Below the pieces are notes generated by a model, which worked only from the letters and a program-made list of their open reading frames with translations, was not told the origin of the DNA and made no database searches. Shown here one piece after another: positions 1 through 14,400 of a DNA stretch of 64,000 bases. Made by a program: the position numbers and the translations under genes. The stretch's first letter is position 1. Every line of letters starts with the position of its first letter. The stretch covers positions 558,001 through 622,000 of the forward strand of contig LSRY02000009.1 of the NCBI GenBank assembly GCA_001643675.2, read 5' to 3'. This stretch comes from Monocercomonoides exilis PA203 (Eukaryota; Protista; Preaxostyla).

Positions 1-1231
1 ATAACGTTTTTGTCAAATATCTTCCAAGTCACATAGATGACGCAAAGCTTCACTTAATGTTTTCTCCATACGGATCAATTGAATCAGCAAAAGTCATGGT
101 TTTATACCTTTTTTTCTTGTTATTTTCTATTTCTTTATTAATTTAAATCAGATTGGAAGAAGTACAGGGGAAAGCTTGGGAATTGGATTTGTTCGATTCT
201 CAAAGCCAGAAGAAGCACAAGCGGCAATTAAGGCTTGGGATAGGAAGCAATTTGACGGGAAAACATTACTCGTGAGGCTTTCAAATGTGATAAAAGAACC
301 AGAACCTGATCCTCCAAACATAAATCTTTACATCAAGCCATTGAGCTTTACAACAACGGAAGGTTTTTCCTTTTATTTTTCACAAAGAATTTTATTTTTT
401 TTAATTAAATTTTGAATGAACATTTTGAAATTAATCAAAGATGATCTATACAAGCTTTTTCAGCCTTATGGAAAAGTTGCAGATGTTAAAATCATGGTAG
501 ACCCTGTGACCCAAAGGAGCAGGCAAATCGGATTCGTTCGATTTGCTCGTATTGAAGATGCGATTATTGCTCGAAAATCTGTGGACGGCTCACATCTTGG
601 GCCTCTTTCTCCTCAACTGACCGTTCGCTTTGCGGAGACAAAAGCCAAAAAATTAGAGCGAATCAAACTGAAGCCAGAAAAGACGGACGGAACAGAAGAC
701 TCCGTCCAAATGCTGCTGGCATCTGTCTCTCACCAGCGAAAGACGTCTAATTTGAAGTATTCAGACGCCCAGCCTCAAACTTCGCAACAGCAACAGCAAC
801 AGCAGCAGCATCATCAGCGCCAGTCGAGTCTCCACCCCTTCCGCCGCAATCATCACATCAGCTCGTCCATCTCCCCTTCTTCTTCTTCTTCCACCTCCTC
901 ATCCTCCTCCTCCTCCTCATCATCATCTTCTTCCTCTTCTTCTGTCTCTAAGCATCAGTTAGTTGATGACTCTGCCTCTCGAAACGGAGCTGCGTCGCAT
1001 AAAAGCCAGTCTTTTTCTCCATCTCCGGCGTTTGCGTCGGCTTCGGCGTCTGTTTCACACAGAACACATCTTCTTTCACAGGAGTGGAGAGAGAAAGGGA
1101 AGGTGGAGGCAGCTAACAGGCAGAGAGAGAAAACAATTGATTCTTCTTATTCTTCCTCTTCTTCCTCCTCTTCTTTGGGAATGCCTGCTGTGCTGAGTGG
1201 AGTTAAAGCAACAGCTTCTGCTTCAGCTTAA
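1..1231 (+). CDS. RRM-domain RNA-binding protein (ELAV/Sxl-like tandem RRMs), 5'-partial; exons <1-98, 152-362, 441-1231
   Basis: Splicing GT-AG introns 99-151 and 363-440 gives NVFVKYLP...AKVM|IGRSTGESLGIGFVRF...NLYIKPL...TTE|DDLYKLF...RQIGFVRF, i.e. the RNP2/RNP1 motifs of two RRMs. The frame ends at TAA 1229-1231. Confidence 0.9.
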
Positions 1232-4200
1232 TTGTCACCCTTGTCAACATTTTTGCCTCTTCCACCACCTCCTCCATTTACGGCTTCTTCTTCTTCTTCA
1301 CTTTCTTCAACTTGTATTTCAATGAATTCTTCCCCTCCGAATTCCATTCTGCAAACAGCAATGAACTACAATCATCAGCATAGCCATCAAAACAGCCTTT
1401 CTGAACACAAAAAGCAGAAAGAACCGAAAGAGCTGAAAGAAACATCCAGTTCAATGCCAGCTGCTTTGGCTGTTTTAGACACAACTCGGACATTTTATGA
1501 CGGTTATTCCTATGTGAATAGCAATGCTGGTCATAGTGCTGATGGTGATGCTCGTACAAATGATAAATCAAATTTCAGTGCCAACGGCACAATCAATGCT
1601 GTTTCTGGTGCTCTTCAAAGCACAAGGCGTTCACTCCCTCTTCCTCCTCCTCCACCACCACCGACTTTTCGAACATCTTCAAATGTCCCATATAAATTAA
1701 ATTCTGCTGCAAACCCATCACATTTTTATTTGCCGGCAAATTCGAAATATACATCTTTATCCCAAACTTTGCCGGCATATCCTGTAAGTGCCGGAATTAT
1801 TCCTACAAATGCTTCTTATACTTCGAATGATTCATTTTCATCATCATCATCACCTTCTTCTTCTTCTTCAACATCTTCGTCCTCTTCTTTGTCTCTTGAT
1901 CGTTTGCAGCCTTTCAGTCGCATCAATTCCGATAGCACGTATCAAATCTCTGATCCCTCAGTTTTATTCTCATCTTCCTCAAAGAACAAAGAAAGCAACT
2001 TCACAATTTCTTCCGCCCATTTCAATCAGATTTCGAATGACCAGCTGCCTTCGCCAGAAGAAATGGCAGTGAATCGATCGACTCAGAAATTGGCAGATAA
2101 TTGTCTGCTTTCTGAGACGCAGGCATTGTGGGATGCATCAGCTATGAAGAAGAATTCTTCGTATTTGGCATCAAATGAGTTGAATAATAATAATAATAAT
2201 AATATTCCATATAATAATAAAATTAATAGTAGCAATAGTAATGATAGCATCACCAATTCTATTAACATCACCAAATTATGTACTTCATCATCATCATCAT
2301 CGTCATCTTCTTCTTCTTCTTCTTCCTTATTGTCATCATCAAACACCCCATTCTCTTCCACACATCATCTTTCCTCTGAAAATTCGTCCTTTTCCTCTCT
2401 TCCTTGTTCACCACAGCAACATCTCAAGACGCCTTCTCTTTCACAAACACATTCACAGACACATACGCAATCTCATTCACATTCAGAATCTTTATCAAAA
2501 TCTCAAACAGATTCTCAAACAGATTCTCAAACAGACTCTCAAACAGATTCTCAATCACAAGATCTTTCACCAGCACAAATACAATTTTTTGTACAAGCAC
2601 AAATAAGAGCAAATATTGAAGTACAAGCAGAAGCAGAAGCAAAAGCAAAAGCAAAAGCACAAGCACAAGCACAAGCAGAAGCACAAGCAGAAGCACAAGC
2701 GCAAGCACAATCTCAATCTCATTCAGAATCTCATTCACCATCACCATCACCATCAACCTCAATATCGCAAACACAAACACAATCACAGACACAGACACAG
2801 ACACAGACACAGACACAGACACAGACACAGTTATATGCTCGTTCATGTGTTATGCCACACACTCAGACACATTCTCATATACAGCCTCAGCTTCAACTGC
2901 AAAAGAAACAGAAACTACAGCAAAAGCATCAAAAACATCAAAAGTTACAAGAAATACAAGAAATTCAAGAAATGCAAGAGAAACAAGAGAAACGTGATAA
3001 ACAAGAAGATAAAAATGATATACAGCTTCAAATACCTTCTTCTCTATCTTCACGTCTGTCTGCTCCATTCATTCTTCCTCTCCCTCCTCCGCCGCCTCCC
3101 CTTCATTGCTATACAACAAAAACATCATCATCATCTTCTTCTTCTTCTTCATTTTCTTCTTCTTTTCCTTCTTCTGCTTCTGCTTCTGCTTCTCCATTAT
3201 TCAATTCTGCCTCCATCTCCTCCTCCTCTTCTTCTACCCTTATCAACTCTTCTGATTCATACGACCACAAAAACTTCATCAAGAAAAACACTTCGTCTAC
3301 TCTAACAAACATCTCTTCAACACAAATAATACCTTCTTCTTCTTCTCTTCCTCCTCCTTCTTCTTCTGCTTCTTCATTTTCTTCTTCTTTTCCTTCCTCC
3401 TCCTCCTCTTCTTCAAACCCATCTTCTTCATCCATTTCCTTCCCTTTCTCCTCCTCTTCCTCTTCTTCCTCTTCCTCTTCCTCTTCTTCTTCCTCTTCCT
3501 CTTCTTCTCCCAACAACCTCAGCAACCCTCGGCTGAGCATCACAAACTGCAGCAACTACAACACTTGCAGCAACAGCAGCGTCGCAAACGCATCTTTTCT
3601 CAATCCAGACGGAGAAATAAAACCAAGTTTCTCCGGCGGAGAAATTACGTCGTATTACTCCGACGCCCATTTCGTGCCGATCTCCAACGAGGTATTTCTC
3701 CGAAAGACGCTTTCATTCATTCCGACTTCTTCTCGCCCTTCAATCTTCTCTCCTAAAACTGCTCATAGGCAGCATTCTACTTCGACGTTCCCTTCGATTT
3801 CAAGGAAGGATTTGATTGAAGCAGATGGTGGTTCTTCATCATCTTCGTCTTCTTCGTCTTCTTCGTCGTCGTCTTCTTCTTCAGATCCACCTGCTTCTTC
3901 TTCTTCTTCCTCTTCCTCTTCCTCTTCCTCTTCCTCTTCTTCTTCTTCCTCCTCCTCCTCATCATCATCTTCTTCTTCCTCTTCTTCTCTATTAGGTTCC
4001 TCCTCCTCCTCCTCCTTCTCCTCCTATTACTCTTCCTCTGCTCTTTCTGCTGACACTTTTCTTTCTCCTCCTTTTTCTGCTGTCTCATCTGGCAATCTCT
4101 TTGACACCAATTCTTCTCTTTCTTCTTCCACCTCTTTGTTCTCCACTCATTCATTCACTTCTCCTTTGCTCTCTTCTTATGCTGCTCCTTCTTCTTCTTC

Positions 4201-4356
4201 GCCTCAGCTGTATTCGATGACTGCTTCTTCACCTTCTCCTTCGCCTTCGCCTTCTTCTCCACCTCCTCCGTCTTTGTTTGCTTCATCGTCGTCGTCATCT
4301 TCTTCTTCCTCTTCCTCTTCCTCTTCCTCTTCTTCTTCAAATACATCTGCTGCTGC

Positions 4357-4408
<52 letters not shown>

Positions 4409-7400
4409 CCTTCTTCTTCTGTTAATGATGCAATTATCCCTTCTTCTTCAATTCCTGCTGCATCTTCTTCTTCTTTTCCTTCCTCTTCTTCTTCTTCTTC
4501 TTCCTCTTCCTCTTCTACATCTCCATATTCGCCAGACACACCTTCTTCCAGTGCGTTCTCAATGACGCCTCGTTTGCTCACTTCCTTCTCTTCTCAAGCA
4601 TCTTCTTCAACTGCTTCATCATCTTCCTCCTCCTCCTCCTCTTCTTCTTCTTCTAATAATAATAATAATAATATCAATGATATTAATAATAATAATACTG
4701 TTGTTAATATTAATGACATGACAATGAATAATAGCAGTAATAATAATACTAATTCATCATCATCATCATCATCATCTTCTTCTTCTTCTTCTTCTCTCTT
4801 TCCTTTACCATCCTCTGCCCTTCTTGAATCTCTTAGCTGCTCCAATAACACAGCAATGGATGACAAATCTATCATTGAACAATGTAAACAGCATCTCCAT
4901 CACAATCAACAAATTCATTTATCTCCTTCTCCTTCACCTTCTCCTTCTTCACCTTCTCCTGCTTCTTCTTCTTCTTCTTCTTCTTCTTCTCCTTCATTTC
5001 CTTCTTCTTCATTCCCTTCTTCCTCTTTTCCTTCTTCCTCTTCTTCTTCCTCTTCTCCTTCTCCTTCTCCTTCTTCCTCCTCTTCTCATCATCATCATCA
5101 TCGCCTTCTCCACACTCAATCTGCCCATCAAATGCTCCAAGCACACCAATTGCACAAAACACACAAAATTCATCAAGTTAATCAACAAATCAGCCAAATC
5201 AACCAAATCAGCCAAATCAACCAAATAAACCAAGTTCATCAATCATTTCCTATTCATTCTAGTCATCCTCATAATAATAGTTCTAATGCTAATATTAATT
5301 ATCATAATAATAATACTAATAATAACAATAATAATAGTCCTTATACCAATAATAATACAAATAATAATACTAATACTAATACTATTACAAATACTAGTAA
5401 TTCTCCATATTCTAACCAATCTTTCCATTCCCTTCATTCCCTTCATTCTCTTCATTCTCTTCATTCGTCACAGCCCACCCTCTTCTCTACTTCTCATTCA
5501 TTTGGCTGTCCTTCTCCTCTCTCTTCCACTCCAAAACACGCTTCTTCGCCTCATTTTGACACATTTCCCTCTGATTTCTTATGTTCTTCTTCTTCTTCTT
5601 CCTCTTCCTCTTCTTCACCTTCTTCTTCCCCTTCTTTTCCATCTTCTTCTTCTTTCTCCTCCTCCTCATCCTCCTCCTCCTCCTCCTCCTCCTCCTCCTC
5701 TTCCTCTTCCTCTTCTCCTTCCCCTTCTTCTTATCCTTCATCATCATCTTCTTCTTCTTCTTCCTCTTCCTCCTCCTCCTCTTCTTCTTCCATGTTAAAT
5801 ACAACAGTTGCTTCTCAAACTTTCTCCTCTTTCGACTCCACAACTACAATTCCTCTTTCTTTTGCCTCTTCTTCTTCAATCTCTTCTTCTCCTCTTCCTT
5901 CTTCTTCTTCTTCTTCTGCTTCTGCTTCTTCTTCTTCTTCTTCTTCTTCTTCTTCTTCTGCTTCTTCTGTTTCTTCCATTTCTTCTCCTTCTCCACCTTC
6001 TTCTTTTGTTTCTAATAATTCTGGTAATTCACATACTTCTAATTTATCTAATCTCTCTAATCTCTCTAATATATCCAATATCTCTAATTCTTCTTCTCCT
6101 TTATCTTCTTCTACATCTTCTCCCTCTTCTTCTTCTTCTTCTTCTTCTTCTGCTTCTTCTTCTTCTTCTTCTTCCTCCTCTTCTTTCTCTCCTCTCTCTC
6201 AAAACAACTCCTCCTCCTCTTCTTCTTCTTCTTCTGCTTCAGCTTTAACTTCACCTAAACCTCTTTCTTCTTCTTCCAATCTCTCCAGTCTATCTAATCT
6301 TTCTAATCTTTCTAATCTTCCTTCTCTTATTCCTTCTACTTATTCTTCTCTTCTTTCTGATATAAATGCTACTTCTTCTTCTCTTTCCTCTTCTTCTTCT
6401 TCTTCTTCCTCCTCCTCCTCATCATCATATTCATCATCATCTTCTTCTTCTCCTCTTTCTCCTCCTCTTCTTCTGATGGATTCACTTTCAACTGTTGATT
6501 CAGCTGCATTTCCTACTGTTATTATTACTCCTTCATCATCATCATCATCTTCTTCTTCTTCTCCTCCTCCTCCTCCTTCTCTTCCTCTTCCTCCTCCTCT
6601 TTCTTCTTCTTCTACTTCTTCATCATCATTGATTCATGCTCTTCATCTGAATATGTCTGAATCTATTGCAAATGAAGAAGAAGAAGAAGAAGAAAAACGA
6701 AAAGAAGAAGAAGAAAAAGAAAAAGAAAAAAGAAAAGAATATGATGATATTTCATATTCTGTTCCATTAGCTTTTCATTTGCCTTTGGATGAGGAATTGG
6801 AAGAGGAAGGAGAAGAAGATAGAGAAAGAGAAAGAGAAAGAGAAAGAGAAAGAGAAGGAGAAGGAGAAAGAGAAAGAGAAAGAGGAGAAAGAAAAGGAAG
6901 AAAAAGAAATGTTGTTGTTGTTGTTTCATCTGATAAATCAGATGAAAGCATTCACTCTTCTTTTCATACTCCTCCTCTGACAAAACTGCAAGTTAGATCT
7001 TTATCTGAATCTTGTACACCATCTTCTTCTTCTTCTTCTTCTTCTTCTTCCTCTTCCTTTTTAGCTTCCTCCTCCTCCTCCTCCTCCTCTTCTTCTTCTT
7101 CTTCTTCTTCTTCTTCTTCTTCTTCTTCCTCATCATCATCTTCTTCTCCCTTTTCCTCTTCTATGTCTTCCCCCCTCCTCACAATCATATCCTTTGACCC
7201 TTCTCAGCTGTCTTCTTCATTCAACACAGCTGCTGCTGCTTCAACAACGGCGTCTTCTCCTTCTTTGCATTCTCCTTCTTCGGCTTTTCATTCTTCTGCT
7301 TTTCACTCTTCTTCTTCTTCTTCTTTTAATTATTCTTCTTCTTATGAATCTTCTTCTTTTTCTCCTCATATTCACGACCATTTCTTCTCTCTTATCCCTC

Positions 7401-8788
7401 CTCCTGATCAACCTGAATTTATCAATAATTCAAGTTCAGCTCCATTTGAATCTTCATTTGAATCTTCTTCTTCTTCTTCATTAAATCCTTCTTCTTCATT
7501 AAATCCTTCTTCTTCTTCTTCTTCCACCTCCTCCTCTTCTTCTTTCTCTTCTCTTTCTCTTTCTCTTTCTCCATCTGATGATATTCAGACACCCATTCAT
7601 ATGCCTCTTTCAATCTCATTCAATGAACAAACAGAAATGGATGAGATATCACAAGGAATTCAAGTTGAGCAGCAAATGTTAAAACTAGAGAAAGAGAAAG
7701 AGAAAGAGAAAGAGAAAGAGAAAGAGAAAGAGAAAGAGAAAGAGAATGACAAAGACAAAGACAAAAATAAAGAAAAGGAAAAGGAAAAGGAGAAAGAGAA
7801 AGGAAAAAGGAATGAGAAAAGGAGAGAACAAAATAAAGAGATCATAAAAGATACGAATAAATCTAATGAACTTCGAATATCACAGAAAGAAGAAAAAGAA
7901 GTCATAGAAGAAATCGAGGAAGTTGATGAAGAAGGGCAAAAATTGCGTTTTTCTTCTGTTTGTTCAGCAAATGCTCATGAACATTTAGAAAGCATATTAG
8001 ATGAAGATAATGTGATGGAAGACTCATTAAATAGGAAGGAATGCTCAATTGACTTGAATTTGACTTCGAATTCTTCTTCTTCATCATCATCTGATTCATT
8101 ACCATTGTCATCATCATCATCTTCTTCTTCTCCTCCTCCTTTTTATTCTCCTTCTGATTCATGTAATTCAAATATATCTTCTTCTTCCTCTTCTTCCCCT
8201 TCCTCTTCTTCTTCTTCTTCTTTCTCTTTCTCTCCATATTCTTCATTATCAATTTCATCATTATCATTATCATCATCATCGTCTCCATTAACATCAGTTT
8301 TAATTTCAAACACTTTACCATCATCAACAGCACATTCAACGTCAACATCTTCGTCATCATCATCATCATCTTCTTCTTCTTCTTCTTCTTCCTTATCTTC
8401 TTCTGATTCATCAAATGATAATTCTTCTTCTCTTCCCTCTCCCTCTCAGCAATCGCTGGAACTTCCGTTATCAGTTGATATTTCATCATCTACACCTTCC
8501 TCTTTTTCATCATCTTCTCATTCCTCTTCTCCTTCTTCTTCCTCTTCTCCTTCTTCTTCCTCTTCTCCTTCTTCTTCCTCTTCTCCTTCTTCTTCCTCTT
8601 CTCCTTCTTCCTCTTCCCCCTCTAATCTGACTGCTGATGCTGAGTCTAATGCTGTTGATGCATCACTATCATCACTGTCATCGTTATCATTGCCCTTATC
8701 AAATTCATTGACACACCCACATTCTGGTAATGCCTTCGATATACTGCCACAATCACCCAGCCTTCATGCTTCTCCTCATCCTCCTTAG
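1232..8788 (+). CDS. Giant Ser/Asn/Gln/Glu-rich low-complexity ORF (2518 codons), in frame with the RRM gene and probably its C-terminal tail
   Basis: Starts at the codon right after the RRM TAA in the same frame. Open for 7.5 kb; (AAT)n tracts are always read as Asn rather than TAA; composition matches the end of the RRM ORF. Confidence 0.65.
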
Positions 8789-9002
8789 CAAAATTAAATA
8801 AAAATAAAAATAAAATAAAAATAAAAAGAAAGAAAGAAAGAAAGAAAAGAAAAGAAAAGAAAAGAAAAGAAAAGTTAAGTGAAGAAAAGATAACATTGAA
8901 TATGATTATGTCATTGTTATCATTATAGCTATCACTATTGTTATTTAAAACATCACATAATTTAGTATTGTCATTGTTTTCATTGCACTCATCATTACTG
9001 TA

Positions 9003-9104
9003 TTCTTCTTCTTCTTCTTCTTCTTCTTCTTCTTCTTCTTCTTCTTCTTCTTCTTCTTCTTCTTCTTCTTCTTCTTCTTCTTCTTCTTCTTCTTCTTCTT
9101 CTTC
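9003..9104. repeat. (TTC)n microsatellite outside the long ORF
   Basis: About 100 bp of uninterrupted TTC repeat. Confidence 0.9.
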
Positions 9105-9954
9105 ATTTTCTTCATCATCATCGTTATATTCTTACTCCATCTTCTTCCTCTTCCTTTTCTGAATCTTCTTCTTTATCATATTTCTTCTTCTCCTAATTTT
9201 TTCTTTTTATTTCATCTTCCTCTTCCTCTTCTTCCTTCTTCCTCATCATTAACTTTGTCTCAACCACTCCATTTTGATTCATTGCGTGTGCTTCTCATGC
9301 ATTCCATCCATCACTTCGCTTCACTTTCCTTATCTTATCTTATCTTATCTTCGGATATTCTTCTTATTCCTTCTTATTCCTTCTTCTTCTTCTTCTTCTA
9401 TGTTTTTCTTCTTCTTACTCCTCCTCTTCTCTATATATCTCTCCATATATCTATCTATCTATCTCTTATTCCTGATAATCAATCATTTTTCATCTTCTTT
9501 ATCAACTTCTATGTTATCTTCATTATCTTCATTGTCTTCATTGTCTTCATCACCAATAGCATTACCATCATCTTCAGTATCATATCCTCAACAGTTAAAT
9601 GAAATACGATGAATTCTGATTTCTAAATGTGCTTCATTCGAAATCCTATTGAAAATACACACTCAAAAACAATTCATTGAGAAACAAGAAGATGAATGTT
9701 GTGTGTTATATGTTTCAGATACAGAAATTATATCCTGATGAAATTTTATTTATTAGTTGATATTGAAAGAGAGTGAACAAGTTAATGAATCGTGAATGAA
9801 TTTTATGAAATTATAAATCAATGAATATATTTTTGAATCAGCCAACAAATGTACGAAAAAATGAATGAACGACAAAATGATTATGAATTGAAGATAATGC
9901 AATGATTGCTATTGTGATGGTGGGTTGTTGAAGAAATAGATAATGTGATAAAGA

Positions 9955-10020
9955 TGAATATGAATATGAATATGAATATAAATATGAATATGAATATAAA
10001 TATGAATATGAATATGAAAA
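9955..10020. repeat. (TATGAA)n hexanucleotide repeat
   Basis: Tandem TATGAA/TATAAA units. Confidence 0.8.
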
Positions 10021-10548
10021 TAAACAATGAACAATGAAATTCAATATGGACATGGCTATTTGGAAGAGGAAGATTGAATTGTTATTATTCCAATTTGAAA
10101 TATTAATTGATTCGTTTTATTTGATCTTTCAATTTTTTTTTTTTTTATTGTTATTTGAAATGTATTTATTTTGATTTCGTTTGATAGGAGAAGGCAAAAA
10201 AAAAGGCTAAAGAAAAAATAAAATAAATAAAAAATAATAATAAATAATAATAATAATAAAATAATAAAATAAAATAAATGAAAAGGAAAAAGGAATGAGA
10301 TTGGTGCAACGTTATTTTGCTTTTGCTTCCAATCTCATCCTTTTTCTTCCTCTCATTTTTTCTATTTCTTCCTCTCTCTTTTCTTTTGCTTTTGCTTTCA
10401 ATTTTTTTCTTTTCTTTTCTTTTTTTTTTCCCCTTTTGAAAGTGGCAATAGACAATGTCTGTATATCCGATTACTAGAATTATGTGATTATTAATTTATT
10501 CTTAATTTCGAACAGATGTGATGTTAGCTTGTTTTATTCAGTTATTTA

Positions 10549-10579
<31 letters not shown>

Positions 10580-11414
10580 TTATTTTATTTTATTTTATTT
10601 ATTTCCTTTTTATTGAAACTTCTTATTAATAGTTATTTTTCATTTTAAACTTAATGATTTAGTTATTTGTCATCAGCTTGTTTAATTTGGTTTCATTTTT
10701 TATGTATACAGAATATGTTTGTTTTCCAAAGCTTTTCTTTTCTGTTCTTCTTCTTCTATTTTTTTTTTTTTAATTGAATTTTGAAAAATTTTTTTTCATT
10801 TTCTTTTATTTAAATTTTTTTTTTATTTTTTTTTTTACTTTCACATGTGCTCTTTTTCTTCAAATTCTCACTCAATTGAGAATAATGAGGATATGTATGT
10901 TATTCTCAATGTATTAATGTCATTGTCATTGTCATTGTCATTGTCACTGTAGCTAAGTTTGCCTTCACAATTTCATAGGTGTATTTTCTTTTCTTCACAA
11001 ATGATCTTTTGCTTTTTAATTTTTTTTTTTGTTGGGTATGTCTTTTGAGGTTTTGTTTTCAAAAAAAAATGGATAGTTTTATTCGTTTTGCTCCAAAATA
11101 ATTTTTTATGCAAATATTCGAAGATTCTTTTGATAAAGATGTGTTTTTTCCTTTCATTTTTTCACATTCCTTTTTCAATGTTTTGTTTCAAAATACAACC
11201 TTTTCATTAAGAAAATATCTTTTTTTCATGCTTGACGCACATTTTTTAATCATTTAATTTATGCAAACGATAATATCATACTTTTTTCAGAATTTGAAGT
11301 TTCGGTAAAACTCAAAGAAAGCTTCATTCGAAAAGCTTAATTGAATTATGGTAATTTTAATTCATTGCGAATATATAATTTATAACATCAAAACGGAAGG
11401 CCACTATTTTTTTG

Positions 11415-14400
11415 ATGAGTAACGATTCAGAAGTTGCATCAAATAGTTCTAGATCGACGCGACAACATTCTTCCATTCGCATTCAAAGATTGGAAGGAAC
11501 TGATAAACTGTGTGAAATTTCACTATTATTTTGATTCAATTTGTTCTTTTTAATGTGGCATTCACAGAATTTTTCCTCTGTTCCAGATTTTAGCAGACGT
11601 TTGAGATTTTTTTGTATTTACACATTTTTATAAAAAAATATTTTCACTTTATTCAGAGACCGACTCAAGTTCCTCATTCAGTTGCAATTTTTTCATCTAT
11701 TTTGGTAGCAATCCAATGGATGTTTATTCCTCTCAGAAACGCTACATTGTCTAATATTTATGTTACGCAATTTTGCAAGATAGTTGGGTTTGCACCTTTT
11801 TATCTTTTTATAACTGAATAATTTGTTTTGCTCTGTATTTTGATTTTTTCCACATTAATAACAGCCTCTATGTTGACCCCTCATTCTATACACCATCTTT
11901 GGCAAATCTTTTTGTTTTTATTACACTTTCAGTTCTTTTGCCATTATCAATTATTATTACTCTTTCCGTTATAAGCATATTGCAACGAAGAGAAAAATCT
12001 ATTCCAAGGGCATGTATTAAAATCATTCAAACTGTAACCACAGTTGCAACTTCTATTGCAGTTGTACCAGCAGCTGAAATTTTATCGAAACCTTTTCGTT
12101 GTCATATGGGTTTTTCTTTGGATTTACCATTTTGTTCGTCTCCAACGTCAACAATAGTAATGATGATATTTGGAATAGTAACTTTAGTACTTATTTTTTT
12201 TGCTTACGGTATTTACGCGTATTTTTGTGTTTGACTACCAGCCCTGGAGCGGGTACCTGATCGGCTCCCGGAAAGGCACGTATCTCGCCACTCTCTTTGG
12301 TGGGGTTATTGTCGATGCCATTCTGGGCACGCTTTTGATGGACTCTGCCCCCGTGGCGGTGTCTGCCATCCACACCGTCATCTCCTTTGTGCTGATTGTG
12401 CTGCTTGTGTACATGCTGCCTTTCTACCGCCTGGACGGGAACTACCTCCTCGCCATCAGCTGCGGCTTTGCTCTGGGCGGTGGGGTTGTCTCGTTTGTGG
12501 CGCCTCTGCTGGACTCCCTCGCGAAGAGGCAGTTTGTTCTCACAGGGAGCAGAGCAGTGTGGGTGGTGCTGTATTGGGTGCTGGTGGTGGCGATGCCGGC
12601 GCTGTGTTCGGCTGTCTGCTGTGTCTGTGTGAAGAAGAGATGGAACAGGACAAGTGTGGTGAGGCCTCTTTATAAGAAGAGTGAGGAGAACGAGAAGAAC
12701 GGGAAGAATGGGAAGAAGACTGAAGTTGTAGGCTTTTTTGTGCAGAGCAAAGGGAAAGTGCTGCTTTCGTATGATGAGACGACAAACACTGTGACAAGCG
12801 ATGTGTTTTCTTGTGGCTCTCCGAACAATCCGTCGATTTCTGTGTCTCCTGCAAACTTCCCTTTCTCTTCTTCTTATTCTGCTTCTTCTTCTGCTGCTGC
12901 TTCTAATTCTTCAATGAAGCCATCTGCTAGCTCTTCCATGCTTCGCTCTGCTTCTCCATTCAACCGCACAATATTTCCTTCTCTTTCTTCATCCTCTTCT
13001 TCTTCTCACAGCCCTCGTGTCCTCTCCTCACATCTATCTACAGCCAGTCTGTTAAATCAGCCATCTCCTTCACCTTCACCTTCTCTTTCTCCTTCTGTTA
13101 ATCCTTGTCCTTTCTCCTCCTCCTCCTCTTCTTCTTCTTCTTCTTCTTCTCATTTGCCTCTTCAGCTGGCTCGCCCAGCCGAAACCTCTTCGCATTCAAC
13201 GACAACAACAACTTCTGATGGGCTAAATAACAATGCTTCTTCTTCTTCCTCTTCTTCTTCTTCTGTGATGTCTTCGCAAGAAGGAATATCTTCTTTTAAT
13301 GTTCGCTCCACTTTTCAGTTGAATTTGAAAGATAACAACACAACTTCACAATCATCATTGCCACAATTATCATCATCTTCTTCATCTTCCTCTTCCTCTT
13401 CCTCTTCCTCTTCATTATCAACAACAACAACAACAACAACAAATTCTGCTTCTTCTTCTTCTTCTTCTTCCAACTCTTCCTCTCTCTCCACACCCATCTC
13501 CACCCATCCACAGCCATCTGTAACTCCACTCCGATCCCATCTCTCCTCTCAAAACATCTTTCAGCCTATTTCTCTCTCAAAAACAGGCTCCTCTTCTGCA
13601 TTGGGCGCTGCTCCGGCGCCTTCTGCCTCTCCTTCATTCAATCAGACACACTCTCAAACACAATCACAATCACAATTGCAATCACAGTCACAATTACGTA
13701 CTTTAAATCATTCATCATCTTCTTCTTCTTCCCTTTCTTCTACAAAGCCTGCTTCCTCTTCCTCTTCCTCCTCTTCCTCTTCCTCCTCTTCCTCAAACGT
13801 CTTCCACATCGGCCCTCTCTCCCACCACATCCAAAGCCCTTACCCGCAGCGCCCTCTCAGCACCACCTCCTTCGACTCCGTGGATTCGATGTATGGCTCC
13901 CCCAAATCAACCAGCATGATGTACTCACTCACACCAAAGCAGGGAAACTGCCTCGGAAGGCAGCTTTCTGTGGACGAGGCGCTGAGAAATCCAGAGCTCC
14001 TGAAGATGGTCACACAGCCGATCAAGTCCTTCACACGCCTGGAGCTTTCGCTGCGGTTTTTGAATGAGCCCGAGCTGAAGTCGCTGGGTAGCTATCGATG
14101 TATGATGGAGTTTTCAGACCGGATCTACCAGAGGATGCTGAGGAGATCGAGATTCACTCACAACTGCAGTGTAGTTGTTTCCTATTGCATCTTTTTATTG
14201 AACCGATGCCTCGTCAAATGCAACGTGATGGGGTCATCTAATGCATTGTGCACACCTAAATGCAGAAGAGAAGACAGACAGCAACAAACAGCTGGGGCAG
14301 GAATTGGAGCTGGAATTGGAGGAGGAATAGGAGTGGGAGCAGCAGGCTCAATGGACGATGAGAAAACCAGCCTGCGCAACGAGAGCGACGAGTTCAACAA

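Noticed and set aside
1278-8630. Many overlapping poly-Leu/Phe/Glu/Lys ORFs on both strands (also 45730-48523)
   Set aside because: Shadow frames of (TCT)n/(GAA)n tracts, which lack stop codons.
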